From the IMG/VR virus record IMGVR_UViG_3300045988_159436: 64,000 nt of DNA. One strand, 5' to 3'. Source of the DNA: a virus. The notes under the pieces were generated by a model. The model searched no databases. It was not told the origin of the DNA and saw only the letters and a program-made list of their open reading frames with translations. Below are positions 1-10,100 of the stretch, piece after piece (position 1 is the stretch's first letter; each line of letters begins with the position of its first letter). Made by a program: the position numbers and the translations under genes.

Positions 1-29
1 TTGACAATTTAGAAGAAATGTGTTATAAT
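1..29 (+). promoter_or_regulatory. sigma-A/sigma-70 consensus promoter
   Basis: TTGACA at 1-6, 17-nt spacer, TATAAT at 24-29. Confidence 0.6.
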
Positions 30-61
30 ATAGTAGTAAAAATGAATAGTGAGGTAAAATA

Positions 62-421
62 ATGTCTAAACAATTACAAATATTAAAACCTAAAGCATAT
101 GAATTTCTTTTAGGAGATAAACAAGTAGCATTATCTTATGATTTAAATGCTTTTGCTCTTTTAGAAGAAGAATATGGTTCTATTGAAGAAGCTTTTGCAA
201 GAATGCAAGGAGCAGAAGGCAAGGGCGTAAAAATAAAAGATACTCTTAATTTTTTAAGAGCAGGATTAATTTCAAGTTGTCCTGATATTACAAATGAAGA
301 AATTGGGGCTTGTTTAAATGCCTCTAATGTTCCTGTATTAATGGAGTATATTTCTGGCGCAGTACAATCTTCTTTACCTTCACAAGATGAAGTAGAAGCT
401 ACACCAGAAGCAAAAAACTAA
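62..421 (+). CDS. tail assembly chaperone (lambda gpG-like)
   Basis: ATG after gaggt RBS; sits immediately upstream of the tape measure gene; ends inside slippery heptamer A_AAA_AAC. Confidence 0.5.
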   Translation: MSKQLQILKPKAYEFLLGDKQVALSYDLNAFALLEEEYGSIEEAFARMQGAEGKGVKIKDTLNFLRAGLISSCPDITNEEIGACLNASNVPVLMEYISGAVQSSLPSQDEVEATPEAKN

Positions 422-720
422 AAACATCTCTCTCCAAAGATAGCGGGGAAGAAGAGGGATGGGATTGGGTAGCATACTATTATTTTTCCAAAAGAATATT
501 ACATTTTAGTGATTATGAATTTTGGAGTAGCACTCCTCGCAAGATATTCGGATTATTGGAATATCATATAAAATATGAAAAAAGCAGAACAGAAATTCCA
601 GAAAATGTGCAACAGGGTATTGGAAAAGGTTCCAAAATTCCTAAAATAAACAATAACACAGTAAAAAAAATGGGAATAGAAGACTTTGTAAAAATGGGTG
701 GAGGAGTTATTAAAAAATAA
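62..720 (+). CDS. tail assembly chaperone -1 frameshift fusion (gpGT-like)
   Basis: slippery A_AAA_AAC at 412-418; the -1 frame stays open for 100 codons (418-720) with no ATG until 670, unusual for AT-rich DNA. Confidence 0.45.
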
Positions 721-736
721 CTCCTTCTTTTTATTT
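702..736 (+). terminator. hairpin plus T-run (putative leaky terminator before tape measure gene)
   Basis: stem aggagtt/aactcct (702-708/719-725), loop 10 nt, followed by tttttattt. Confidence 0.3.
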
Positions 737-752
737 AGAAAGGAAGATACAA

Positions 753-3700
753 GTGAGTGATTATGATGTAGGTAAACTTGTCGCTTCCATTGAGCTAGAT
801 TCTTCGCAAATGGCGAAAGACATAAAAACAATCACTTCACAATTAAAAACTTTAAATACTTCCTTTAATAGTTCAAGCAAAGATATAGATAATGCGATTG
901 GTAAAGTCACACAAGCAGTGACTAAGAATAGTAACTCAATGCGTAGTGGCTTTACTTCTATTTCTAATTCTTATCGAGATACAAGTAAAACAATAACAAC
1001 TTTATCATCTGGTATTAGAACAGCAATGTCTACAATGTCTAGAACAGTTGATATAAGTTTTAAATCTTTGGCTAATACAATAAAAACTAGCAGTGCTTCA
1101 AATGCAAATGCAATAAAAGCGATGAGTAATGCAAATTCTACTGCAATGGCAAGAATGAGCAGTTCTGTAAGTTCTGCTACTGCTACAATGACTAAAGGGT
1201 TTGCAACAATTCAAGCGCAGAGTAAATTAACAACAGAAGCATTAAGAGCGAATGAGCAAACACTTTTAGCCTTAAAAAATTCATATACCGCTTTAGGAGC
1301 TTCAATGACAGCGGGAATGACAAAAGGATTTGCTTCTGTAGCAAGTGCTATGCAACAACAAACACAGGTTATTGTCAGCGCATTAAAGAGTGTACAATTA
1401 CAAGCTGTTGCTACACAAACAAGTTTGAATAGTATAAAAGCACCTAATCTTGATATGTCAAAAGTTGGATATCAAGGAAACGGTGTAAATAGAGTATATG
1501 GAACATTAGGAACAGCACCCAATCAAGTGTTCGGCAATTTAGGCAGAATGGATTCATCAGCGGCAAATATAACAAGTGGATTGAATACTGCTAAAAACGC
1601 AATGAATGGTTTAGCTAGTTCAGCATCAAAAGCTTTTGATGTTTTTGCTAATATATCTTTTAAAGTCTTTTTGCTTGAACAAGGTGTTAGGCAAATTGCC
1701 TCTATTTTTAATTCTCTTATCTCTCCTGGAATGAATTTTGCCTCCTCTATGGAAACACTGAGATTAGGTTATTCTGGTATTATTTCTTCCACATTACAAC
1801 AAGATGAAAAAGATATACCTTTTAATAGAGCATTAGAAATTTCAGATGCTTTATTAATGAAAATGCAGGATGAAGCTTTAAAAACTTCTTTAACAATGGA
1901 AGAATTAGGTGGAGCTTTGCAATCCACAATGGCATTAGGTATAGATGCTGGAATGAGTTTACAGCAAGTTCTTGATTTAACTGTTGTTGGAGCACAGGCT
2001 GTTAAAACATTTGGATTAAGCAATCAACAGGTAGTACAGGAATTAAGAGGATTGATTTCTGGTGAAGCAATCAGACCTGGCGTTGATATGCTTGCTACTG
2101 TTTTGGGATATACAACAGCAACAGTAAATAAACTTCGTGAAGAAGGAACACTTTATGAAGATGTAATGAAACGTATGGCTGGTTTCCAAGCGGCAAGCAA
2201 TGAGTTTCAAAATACTTGGGCAGGCTTAATTTCCAACTTAGATGATGGTATTTCCAGAGTATTCGGAACTGCAATGAAAAGTAGTGGGTTATTTGAAACA
2301 TTTAAAGAGCAAGCATTAAAATTACAACAAGTATTTTTTACTATTAATAAAACTATGGAACAGCAAGATAATGGAGAAATGAAAGAAGTATTTACTACTA
2401 CTTTAAATGAATCCACTTTAAATATTGTAGAAAAAATATATTCTGCTATGGCAAAATTAATAAAAGCACTTTCTCCAATAATAGACCTTTTAGGAAAAAT
2501 TTCTAATATTATATTAACTGGGGTAGCAGATAGTTTAGATTTACTTGCAACTGGATTAGCAGTTATTAGTGCCGCTTTAACTCCTTTATGGACAGGATTA
2601 GGCATAGTTATGGATTTACTTTCTGAGGTTCAAGGTTATTTTACAGAACTTCTTGATGTATTATTAAGTAATACTGATATGCTTGCTGGAATGACATTAG
2701 GGCTTGGAGCTTTAGCTGTTGCTTTATTATTTTTAATAAATCCAATATTAGGTGTTGTAGGGGCTATAGGAGCAATAGGGTTAGCTTGGGATACTTTAAC
2801 AGATACTACTAATTCTTTTGGTGAATACTTTAGATTAAAAATGTCACAATTTGTAGCACAAGCAAAAGCAGTTGGCATGGCAATGAAGGATTTATTCACT
2901 TTAAATTTTTCTGGAAATAGCGATAAGCAGTATCTTCAAGAAGCCGCTGATTATGGTAATGCCGCTGATAAGGCTTGGAAATCAGCGGGAGATGCAATAG
3001 CTGGTAGAATTACAAAAATCAAAGAAGATGCTGAAAAAATGCGTAAGGATGCAGAAGAATTATTTAAAGGATTAAGCAAAAAAAGTTATGGAGACGAAAA
3101 AGCTGGCAAAAAAGGTAAAGGTGCTGGAAAAGAAGCAAGTAATGCTTACAAGTTATTAGATGCTGATTTGAAGAAAGCAAATGCTTCTTTTAAAGCTCAG
3201 TTAAAAGAAATAGAAGATGCCTTTAAAAATAATCAATTATCTACACAGGATTATATAGAGGCATATTTAAAGAATAAACAAGGGCAGATAGATAAACAAA
3301 TTGAAATATTAAAGGCTAAGATAGATATTGCGAAAAGTCTTGGTCAAGAAAATGATGTTGAGAAATTCTCTACAGAGTTGGAGAAGCTTGAAATAGATAG
3401 AGCGGAAGCATTAGCAGAAGCAAATAGAAAACTTGTAGATTCTTATAAGAAGTTACAAGATACATATGATTCGATTTCTAAATCTTATCATGGCTTATAT
3501 GGAGCAACAGAAGCATCAACTACATTAGATATTATCAATGAATTAGGAGACTCCTATACAAGAACTGTTGTAGAGCTTAAAACAGCACAAGAGAGATTAG
3601 CACAAGCAACACAAGAGAGTGATTCAAAACAGATAGAGTTATGGAATAATTGGGTAGAAAAAGGAAAAGAAGCAGAGAAACAGATATTAGCAATAGCAAG

Positions 3701-5243
3701 AGCTAAAAGACAAGAATATGAAATCACACAAGCACAGGCACAAGTGGAAGCTGTTCAACTGCAATCTATAAGAAGAGAGAACGAAATTAATCATCTTGTA
3801 GAGCAGAGTAGAATGGATAGTTTAACAGCAGAAGGAAGAATTTTTTATGAACGTCAGCAATATGTTGATGATTATGTTAAAACTTATGCTAAATTAGTTG
3901 CTTTATATGAAACGGAAGCAGATTATGCCGCTAAAGCAGGAAGCTTAGAAAAACAAAATGAATGGGTAAAAAAAGCAGAAGATGCAAGAGCGGCAATGAA
4001 ATCTATTGTTGAAGAAGTTCCACCATTTCAAAAGAAATTAAGAGAAGGTTTTTCAGATGGCTTGGCAGGAATGTTTGATGATTTAACAGAAGGAAAAAGC
4101 TGGAAAGAATCTTTTCAGAATTTCGCAAGCAATCTTTTAAAAGAATGGGCTTCTATGTGGCATAAAAGATTAGCACAAGATATAACTAATAAATTGTTTG
4201 ATGCGGTTCTTCCAAAAGGGGAAAAAGCATTAACAATAGATACAGAATTTGATGTACAAGTTAATGAGTATAAAGAAGAAATAAAAGCTCAAATGGAACA
4301 GGGCGTACAGGCAGTAACAGAAGGTTCTTTAAATATTAAAGGGCAATTTGATGCTTTGATTCCCACATTACAGCAATTTGGAGAAACTGTTCAAGTAGCA
4401 ATGGCAAAGATGTCTTCTGGCTCTGGTCAAGAAGCTGGTTTAGGTGGAATCGCAACTGGCGCAGGAGGGTTTTCCATAGGAGAATCAATGACTGGCGCAA
4501 ATTATGGTGGGATGTCTTTAGAGAACGAAAGTTTAGTTGATAGCTTAAAAAACCAGTTTAATGGGTTAACACTTACTGCAAAAGATTTTGGTCAGTCAAT
4601 GGGAACTTTAAATGGTTTATTGGCAAAAAATGCAGGAGCGCAAAAATTAGATAATAAATTAACTATGCAAGCTGGATTGCAGGCACTCCCTAATATGTTA
4701 ATGGGGTTAGCTATGGTTTCTGGTAACGAAGGTTTAATGAAATTTGCTATGGCATTACAGGTAGTAATGGCAGTTATTCAAATGATAAATGCTATGAGTA
4801 GTGTGAGCGGATTTGCTACTGGTGGTTATGTTTCTGGCGCAGGAACAGGAACCAGTGATAGTATTCCTGCAATGTTATCAAATGGAGAATATGTTTTAAC
4901 TGCAAAAACAGTGAAACGTCTTGGAGTAGATTATCTTGATAGATTAAATGAAGGTAAAGCACTCGCTCCTTCAATGGCTAAATTGCCTAAGTTTAAATTT
5001 GCAGAAGGAGGATTAGTAGAAGCATCTAAATCACAGGAAAATTTAAATCAAAATCAAGTAACTAAAACGGAAGAAACAGGCGAGGGAATACAAATTACTT
5101 TTGCACCTGTATTTCAATCGCTAGACCCAGAGGCTAACATGAAAGCTTTTGACCAGCAATATCCTTTATTGGAGAAGCGAATAATAGATGCGATGAGAAC
5201 TAAGCAAGTTATGAGACAGGCAGTGAAAGGAGCGGTAACTTAA
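753..5243 (+). CDS. tail tape measure protein
   Basis: 1496 aa, GTG start 9 nt after aggaag RBS; long alpha-helical/Ala-Gln-rich body; C-terminal GGYVSGAGTGTSDSIPAMLSNGEYV motif typical of TMPs. Confidence 0.9.
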   Translation: MSDYDVGKLVASIELDSSQMAKDIKTITSQLKTLNTSFNSSSKDIDNAIGKVTQAVTKNSNSMRSGFTSISNSYRDTSKTITTLSSGIRTAMSTMSRTVDISFKSLANTIKTSSASNANAIKAMSNANSTAMARMSSSVSSATATMTKGFATIQAQSKLTTEALRANEQTLLALKNSYTALGASMTAGMTKGFASVASAMQQQTQVIVSALKSVQLQAVATQTSLNSIKAPNLDMSKVGYQGNGVNRVYGTLGTAPNQVFGNLGRMDSSAANITSGLNTAKNAMNGLASSASKAFDVFANISFKVFLLEQGVRQIASIFNSLISPGMNFASSMETLRLGYSGIISSTLQQDEKDIPFNRALEISDALLMKMQDEALKTSLTMEELGGALQSTMALGIDAGMSLQQVLDLTVVGAQAVKTFGLSNQQVVQELRGLISGEAIRPGVDMLATVLGYTTATVNKLREEGTLYEDVMKRMAGFQAASNEFQNTWAGLISNLDDGISRVFGTAMKSSGLFETFKEQALKLQQVFFTINKTMEQQDNGEMKEVFTTTLNESTLNIVEKIYSAMAKLIKALSPIIDLLGKISNIILTGVADSLDLLATGLAVISAALTPLWTGLGIVMDLLSEVQGYFTELLDVLLSNTDMLAGMTLGLGALAVALLFLINPILGVVGAIGAIGLAWDTLTDTTNSFGEYFRLKMSQFVAQAKAVGMAMKDLFTLNFSGNSDKQYLQEAADYGNAADKAWKSAGDAIAGRITKIKEDAEKMRKDAEELFKGLSKKSYGDEKAGKKGKGAGKEASNAYKLLDADLKKANASFKAQLKEIEDAFKNNQLSTQDYIEAYLKNKQGQIDKQIEILKAKIDIAKSLGQENDVEKFSTELEKLEIDRAEALAEANRKLVDSYKKLQDTYDSISKSYHGLYGATEASTTLDIINELGDSYTRTVVELKTAQERLAQATQESDSKQIELWNNWVEKGKEAEKQILAIARAKRQEYEITQAQAQVEAVQLQSIRRENEINHLVEQSRMDSLTAEGRIFYERQQYVDDYVKTYAKLVALYETEADYAAKAGSLEKQNEWVKKAEDARAAMKSIVEEVPPFQKKLREGFSDGLAGMFDDLTEGKSWKESFQNFASNLLKEWASMWHKRLAQDITNKLFDAVLPKGEKALTIDTEFDVQVNEYKEEIKAQMEQGVQAVTEGSLNIKGQFDALIPTLQQFGETVQVAMAKMSSGSGQEAGLGGIATGAGGFSIGESMTGANYGGMSLENESLVDSLKNQFNGLTLTAKDFGQSMGTLNGLLAKNAGAQKLDNKLTMQAGLQALPNMLMGLAMVSGNEGLMKFAMALQVVMAVIQMINAMSSVSGFATGGYVSGAGTGTSDSIPAMLSNGEYVLTAKTVKRLGVDYLDRLNEGKALAPSMAKLPKFKFAEGGLVEASKSQENLNQNQVTKTEETGEGIQITFAPVFQSLDPEANMKAFDQQYPLLEKRIIDAMRTKQVMRQAVKGAVT

Positions 5244-5671
5244 TGTATAATTTAGATATAAGTACAAATGAAGATTATTATGATTATCTTATAAATGAGC
5301 AAGTTACTGGAATAGCCGCTTTAAAAGTTTATAGTTATACATTATCTTATAATACTTTAATTGATGAAAAATTTACAGGGAATGAACAGCGTAGAGATGT
5401 ATGGTCACAGCCCAGAAGAACTTGGACATTGGAATTTCAAAAATCACCAGAATTAGGGCGTAAATTAGAGGATTTTTTTAAGGCACATTTGGGAAGAAGA
5501 ACAGCTTTTAGATTTAAATGGGTAAAAGAGAATTCTGATGGTGAAGATATGGGCGGCGATGATGAATGGTATTATGTAAGATTCAATACTGATACTTATA
5601 GCACAGATATAGATTATCTTGGGTATAGACACACTACTTTAGAAATAATTGAGGTGAGAAACAATCAATGA
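5243..5671 (+). CDS. minor tail protein (gpM-like)
   Basis: position after TMP in a lambda-like order; size 142 aa. Confidence 0.4.
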   Translation: MYNLDISTNEDYYDYLINEQVTGIAALKVYSYTLSYNTLIDEKFTGNEQRRDVWSQPRRTWTLEFQKSPELGRKLEDFFKAHLGRRTAFRFKWVKENSDGEDMGGDDEWYYVRFNTDTYSTDIDYLGYRHTTLEIIEVRNNQ

Positions 5672-6282
5672 GTATAGGAATACCAGAACAGATTGAACGT
5701 TATCTTGCAGACCCAGAAATAACAACAAGATTATTAGTTGTTATAGAGTATAGTGATGAAAATATTTATAGATTTATAGTGGATGAAAGTGTAGATGAAG
5801 TAATAATAAATGGAGAAACATATTTAAGTGCCGCTATTACAAGAAGTGATAGAGAAGAAAATTCTGATATGTCAATCGAAACCTTAACACTGACAATGTC
5901 TAATCATTGGCAAGGATGGGCGGCAATTTTAGCTAATCAAGGAAATAATTTTATAAATAAACCTTGTAAAATTTACGAATGGATGCCAGAATTTCCAGAA
6001 GAAAAGCCTATATTAATTTATGATGGTGTTCTAGACAATATTAATATGACAGCCAGCACTTTTGAAGTTAAAGTAGTTAGAAGTATGGGTGATTATCAGC
6101 AAGAAAGTCCTAATATGACTTTTGACCCTAATTGCCAGTTTCAATTTAAAGATGAAAGATGTCGATATGTTGGAGAGTATTTTGAATGCGGCAAAACTTT
6201 AGCGGATTGTATGAATAGGCATAATGAAGAGCGTTTTGGGGGACATCCTTCTGTTCCAAGAGAAACGGTAATTCGGAGCTAG
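5668..6282 (+). CDS. minor tail protein (gpL-like, Cys cluster)
   Basis: C-terminal Cys cluster CQFQFKDERCRYVGEYFECGKTLADC resembles the gpL Fe-S region; synteny. Confidence 0.45.
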   Translation: MSIGIPEQIERYLADPEITTRLLVVIEYSDENIYRFIVDESVDEVIINGETYLSAAITRSDREENSDMSIETLTLTMSNHWQGWAAILANQGNNFINKPCKIYEWMPEFPEEKPILIYDGVLDNINMTASTFEVKVVRSMGDYQQESPNMTFDPNCQFQFKDERCRYVGEYFECGKTLADCMNRHNEERFGGHPSVPRETVIRS

Positions 6283-6290
6283 GAGATATT

Positions 6291-6656
6291 ATGATTCCAA
6301 AAGAAGAAGCATATAAATTTGTAGGAAAATCTTTTGTTCAATTCACAGATGATAATAAGGCGTGGGGGTGTCTTGCGCCTTATTATTTAATACATCCAGA
6401 ATTTAAAGATTTTTTTACATTAGAGGATACTAAAGAGTTTTTAAAATTAGCAAAAGAACGTTTTCAAGAAATAAAATTAGAAGATATTAAATATGGTGAT
6501 TTTATAGCCATTTTAATGCCTTTAGGTCTATGGCATATAATGGTTTATATAGACGATGGAAAATATATTCATTGTACAAAAGATACTGGTGTTGTAGTTG
6601 AGAAACTAACACCAGCATATAAAGCTAGGATAAAGGGGGTATTTAGATGGGCGTAG
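6291..6656 (+). CDS. tail protein (gpK-like, possible NlpC/P60 fold)
   Basis: synteny; motif GDFIAIL...HIMVYIDDGKYIHC resembles the NlpC/P60 His region; Cys at WGCLAP. Confidence 0.3.
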   Translation: MIPKEEAYKFVGKSFVQFTDDNKAWGCLAPYYLIHPEFKDFFTLEDTKEFLKLAKERFQEIKLEDIKYGDFIAILMPLGLWHIMVYIDDGKYIHCTKDTGVVVEKLTPAYKARIKGVFRWA

Positions 6657-9625
6657 TTGGAGCTGTACTTGGATTTGTTTTTTCTGTAGCATCTTATGTA
6701 GTTAGTAGACGTGAAATGAAAAAAATGAAAAAGACTGCTAAAAGAACCTATTCTGATACGATGGCTACTGAAACATCTAATACAATGCCTATTCCTATTA
6801 TATATGGGACAGTAAAAAATGCAGGAAATTTAATTTATTCTAAATTATGGGATAATAACCAAAGAGTAGCAAAACTTATAGTATTTTGTGATGGTAAAAT
6901 AAAAGGAATAAGAGATATAAAATTAGATGATATAAATATAAATAGTTCAGATTTTGAAGGTGTAAGTTATAATACTTATATTGGAGATGGTGAGCAACTA
7001 ATTGATAGCAGGGTAGATGGTGTAAATAATTCCCAAAGAGCACAAAAAGTAGGTGGACTGAAATATGATGCTTATTTAGCCTTAGAAGCTAAAGCAAATG
7101 ATAAATTATCGGGCAATTTTAATGTTACAGCAATGATAGATGGTAAGATAGTAAAGTGCTATACATCAGAAACTGACTATTCAGAAAAATGGACTAATAA
7201 TCCTGCTTGGTGTGTGCTAGATTTTTTAACTTGCTATAATGGTGTAGGTCTTAGTATGGATGAGATTGATTTACCAAGTTTTATAGAGGCGGCAAGTTTT
7301 TATGACGAGAAAGACTATACATTAAATATATGTTTAGATGAAACTCAGTCAAGACTTGATTGGGTATCTACTATGTTAAATTGTTGTCGTTCAAGCTTAG
7401 TCTATAAAAATGGAAAATACTCTTTATTTGTTGAAAAGAAAGATGAAGTAGTACAAAGCTTTGACCCTGATTCTATAAATAATTTGGAGATTTGGTGGTC
7501 TCCTATGGAAGACATTCCAGATAGGATTTATGTTCAATATATAGACCCAGAAAATGAATGGGTGAAGGTTAACGCACAAGCAGAGGCAGTTAGTCCTTTG
7601 AGAAAACAGCCTAGAATAGAAACTTATGAATTATATGGTGTCACTAATTTTGACCAAGCTAGCAGATTGGCATGGTTTTATTTAAATCAAGCAATAACTT
7701 GTAAAATGTACGTAAGATTTAGTACAGATAGACGAGCTTTGAATAGAACAGTTGGAGATGTTATCAGTTTAACTGATTATATAACAGAGTTTCAAAATAA
7801 GCAGTTTAGAATTATAAAAATCACAGATAAACAAGATGGTGGAATAGAGCTTACTTGTAGAGAGTATAATCCAAGTATTTATAGTGAAGAAAAAGGAGCA
7901 ACAGAACCTGTAATAAATGATTCTACTTTAGCAGACCCTACAGAACCTCCACCAGCAGTTGTTTATTTAGATAATGAACAAGAATACTATGTACTTCCTG
8001 ATAAAACTGTTGTTTCAAGAATTTTTATTAAATATACATATCCAAGTTATTTTTATTCAAGAGGTGTGAGAGTTTGGTATAGATTGCAGGGGGATGAAAC
8101 TTGGTCATTTGGTGGAATATTTGATGACGGTTCTAATATTGCTGTAATCGAAAATATGGAAATTTTAAAAACTTATGAATTCAAATTAGTACATGAAAAT
8201 AGATATAATAAATTTTCAAATCCAACATATACGCCTTTAATTTTTATAACAGGAAATAATATAGCACCAGATATGCCACAAGATTTTGTTGGTTATGAAG
8301 CAGTAGGTGGGTTTAATTTAAGTTGGTCAGCAAATAAAGAAAGAGATATAGACCATTATGAATTATATTCTGGGGTTGTTTCAGAAAGCACTAAGATAGC
8401 AGATGTTACTGGAACAAGTTATTTTTACTCAACAGGTATGGGAGAATATAGATTCTTATTAATAGCTGTTGATACTATGGGAAATATGTCTGTTCCTGCA
8501 AAATTGGATTTACAAATTGCTAGACCTGCTAATGTTACAGGTTTTGATTGTGTACAAAATGAGCGTAATATAGAGTTTAGATGGAATAAAGTAAAAGGTG
8601 CTACTTATTATATAATAAGAGAGGGCTCTAGTTGGGAATATGGTAATTTTATAGGAAGTAGTGCTGGTCAAACATTTACATTGCCTTTTGCACAGGCAAC
8701 ACAAGTAGATTTTTGGATGAAAGCTTATACAGAATATGGTGTTCCTTGTGAGTTTGCTTCTTATTGTACTGTAAGAATAGCTTCTATTCCTAATAGAAAT
8801 ATGATTTATACTTATGATGCTGTAGAAGATGAGTGGAAAGGTATAAAATCATTTGGGCATATAAATGCTGGAGGATTTCAATTAGATGATAATAATTTAA
8901 GTGCAGAATATATTTATGAGATAGAGTTAGACCAAGAATACTGTTCAAGAAATTGGATAGAAAAAGTTATAAAACCTTTTAATCCAGAGAAGGAACAAAA
9001 ATGGAAAGATTTAAAATTTACTTGGAATTCTGAAACAGCTAAACAAACAACTTGGATGCCAGTTGGTACAGATTTTACTTTTAATAGTTCTACAGAGATT
9101 GCTGTATATTTAGGAGAAAAAGATTCTACATCAGTAGATTATTGGACATTAGATGAAACGCTTTTAAGCAATAAAGGAATTAAACCTAATCCTGATTATG
9201 GTATTGCTACTTATGGAATGGCGAGATTTCATAAAGGGTTATTAATGGATGGAAATAGTATGGTAAAATGGCAGGATATAAATATACCAAAAATATTTTC
9301 TCTTTCTGTTAATGTAAAAATTCCTATTGATTCTGATTATTCATATGCTATTTTAACTTTAAAAAACTCTAAGACTGGGGATTGGATGCTTTTAAGCTAT
9401 AGTAGTGATGGGGATAATTTTGTGTTAACTACTGATACTGGATTAGAAATATCGGCAGGAGACTTTTCATTTCCAAATGATAATTTAACTTTTATTTTAT
9501 CACAAGGAGATGGGTATTTAAATTTGATAGTGTATAGTTCTGTATTTTCTTTATTTAAAAATAATAAAATAGCGTATACAGATTATAAAACTTATGATAG
9601 TATTGCTTTATACAGCGATATTTAA
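6647..9625 (+). CDS. central tail fibre / host specificity protein (gpJ-like)
   Basis: 992 aa; NPAWCVLDFLT motif of Phage-tail_3/J family; FN3-like repeats; synteny. Confidence 0.65.
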   Translation: MGVVGAVLGFVFSVASYVVSRREMKKMKKTAKRTYSDTMATETSNTMPIPIIYGTVKNAGNLIYSKLWDNNQRVAKLIVFCDGKIKGIRDIKLDDININSSDFEGVSYNTYIGDGEQLIDSRVDGVNNSQRAQKVGGLKYDAYLALEAKANDKLSGNFNVTAMIDGKIVKCYTSETDYSEKWTNNPAWCVLDFLTCYNGVGLSMDEIDLPSFIEAASFYDEKDYTLNICLDETQSRLDWVSTMLNCCRSSLVYKNGKYSLFVEKKDEVVQSFDPDSINNLEIWWSPMEDIPDRIYVQYIDPENEWVKVNAQAEAVSPLRKQPRIETYELYGVTNFDQASRLAWFYLNQAITCKMYVRFSTDRRALNRTVGDVISLTDYITEFQNKQFRIIKITDKQDGGIELTCREYNPSIYSEEKGATEPVINDSTLADPTEPPPAVVYLDNEQEYYVLPDKTVVSRIFIKYTYPSYFYSRGVRVWYRLQGDETWSFGGIFDDGSNIAVIENMEILKTYEFKLVHENRYNKFSNPTYTPLIFITGNNIAPDMPQDFVGYEAVGGFNLSWSANKERDIDHYELYSGVVSESTKIADVTGTSYFYSTGMGEYRFLLIAVDTMGNMSVPAKLDLQIARPANVTGFDCVQNERNIEFRWNKVKGATYYIIREGSSWEYGNFIGSSAGQTFTLPFAQATQVDFWMKAYTEYGVPCEFASYCTVRIASIPNRNMIYTYDAVEDEWKGIKSFGHINAGGFQLDDNNLSAEYIYEIELDQEYCSRNWIEKVIKPFNPEKEQKWKDLKFTWNSETAKQTTWMPVGTDFTFNSSTEIAVYLGEKDSTSVDYWTLDETLLSNKGIKPNPDYGIATYGMARFHKGLLMDGNSMVKWQDINIPKIFSLSVNVKIPIDSDYSYAILTLKNSKTGDWMLLSYSSDGDNFVLTTDTGLEISAGDFSFPNDNLTFILSQGDGYLNLIVYSSVFSLFKNNKIAYTDYKTYDSIALYSDI

Positions 9626-9637
9626 GGAGGAAAATTA

Positions 9638-10096
9638 ATGTTTAATGAAAATATAGCTTTAGATTGTTCAATGGTTGGGGAGTTGTTTGATAAAGATGGA
9701 AATTTAAAGCAGTTAGTGGAAAAGCATAATATGATTTTGAATGCTGGATTTGATTTTATTTGTGATTGTATTGGAAAATCTTCTGGTAGACCTACAAATT
9801 TAACACATATTGCTGTAGGGACAGGTAGCGCTAGCACACTAGCTACAGATTTAGGGTTAAAACAAGAGTGTGTAAGAAGCACAGCAACTTATACGCATAC
9901 TAAAGGCACAAAATTTTTCACTATGGTAGCTACTTTTGCCCCTGGGGTTGGAACAGGTTCTTTGACTGAAACTGGGTTATGTAATGCTTCTTCTGGAGGG
10001 GTTACAATGGATAGAGTTGTTTTTCCAGTAGTAAATAAAGAAGCAACAGATACTTTTAAAGTGACATTCCAATTTAAATTAGCAGAAAAGGCATAA
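9638..10096 (+). CDS. hypothetical tail-associated protein
   Basis: ORF with RBS ggagg; synteny. Confidence 0.4.
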   Translation: MFNENIALDCSMVGELFDKDGNLKQLVEKHNMILNAGFDFICDCIGKSSGRPTNLTHIAVGTGSASTLATDLGLKQECVRSTATYTHTKGTKFFTMVATFAPGVGTGSLTETGLCNASSGGVTMDRVVFPVVNKEATDTFKVTFQFKLAEKA

Positions 10097-10100
10097 ATAA

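Noticed and set aside
553-2899. Reverse-strand ORFs 553-831, 1769-2023, 2095-2301, 2207-2605 and 2636-2899
   Set aside because: They lie antisense inside the chaperone-frameshift region or the tape measure gene, have no RBS, and their low-complexity composition is explained by the sense-strand coding sequence.
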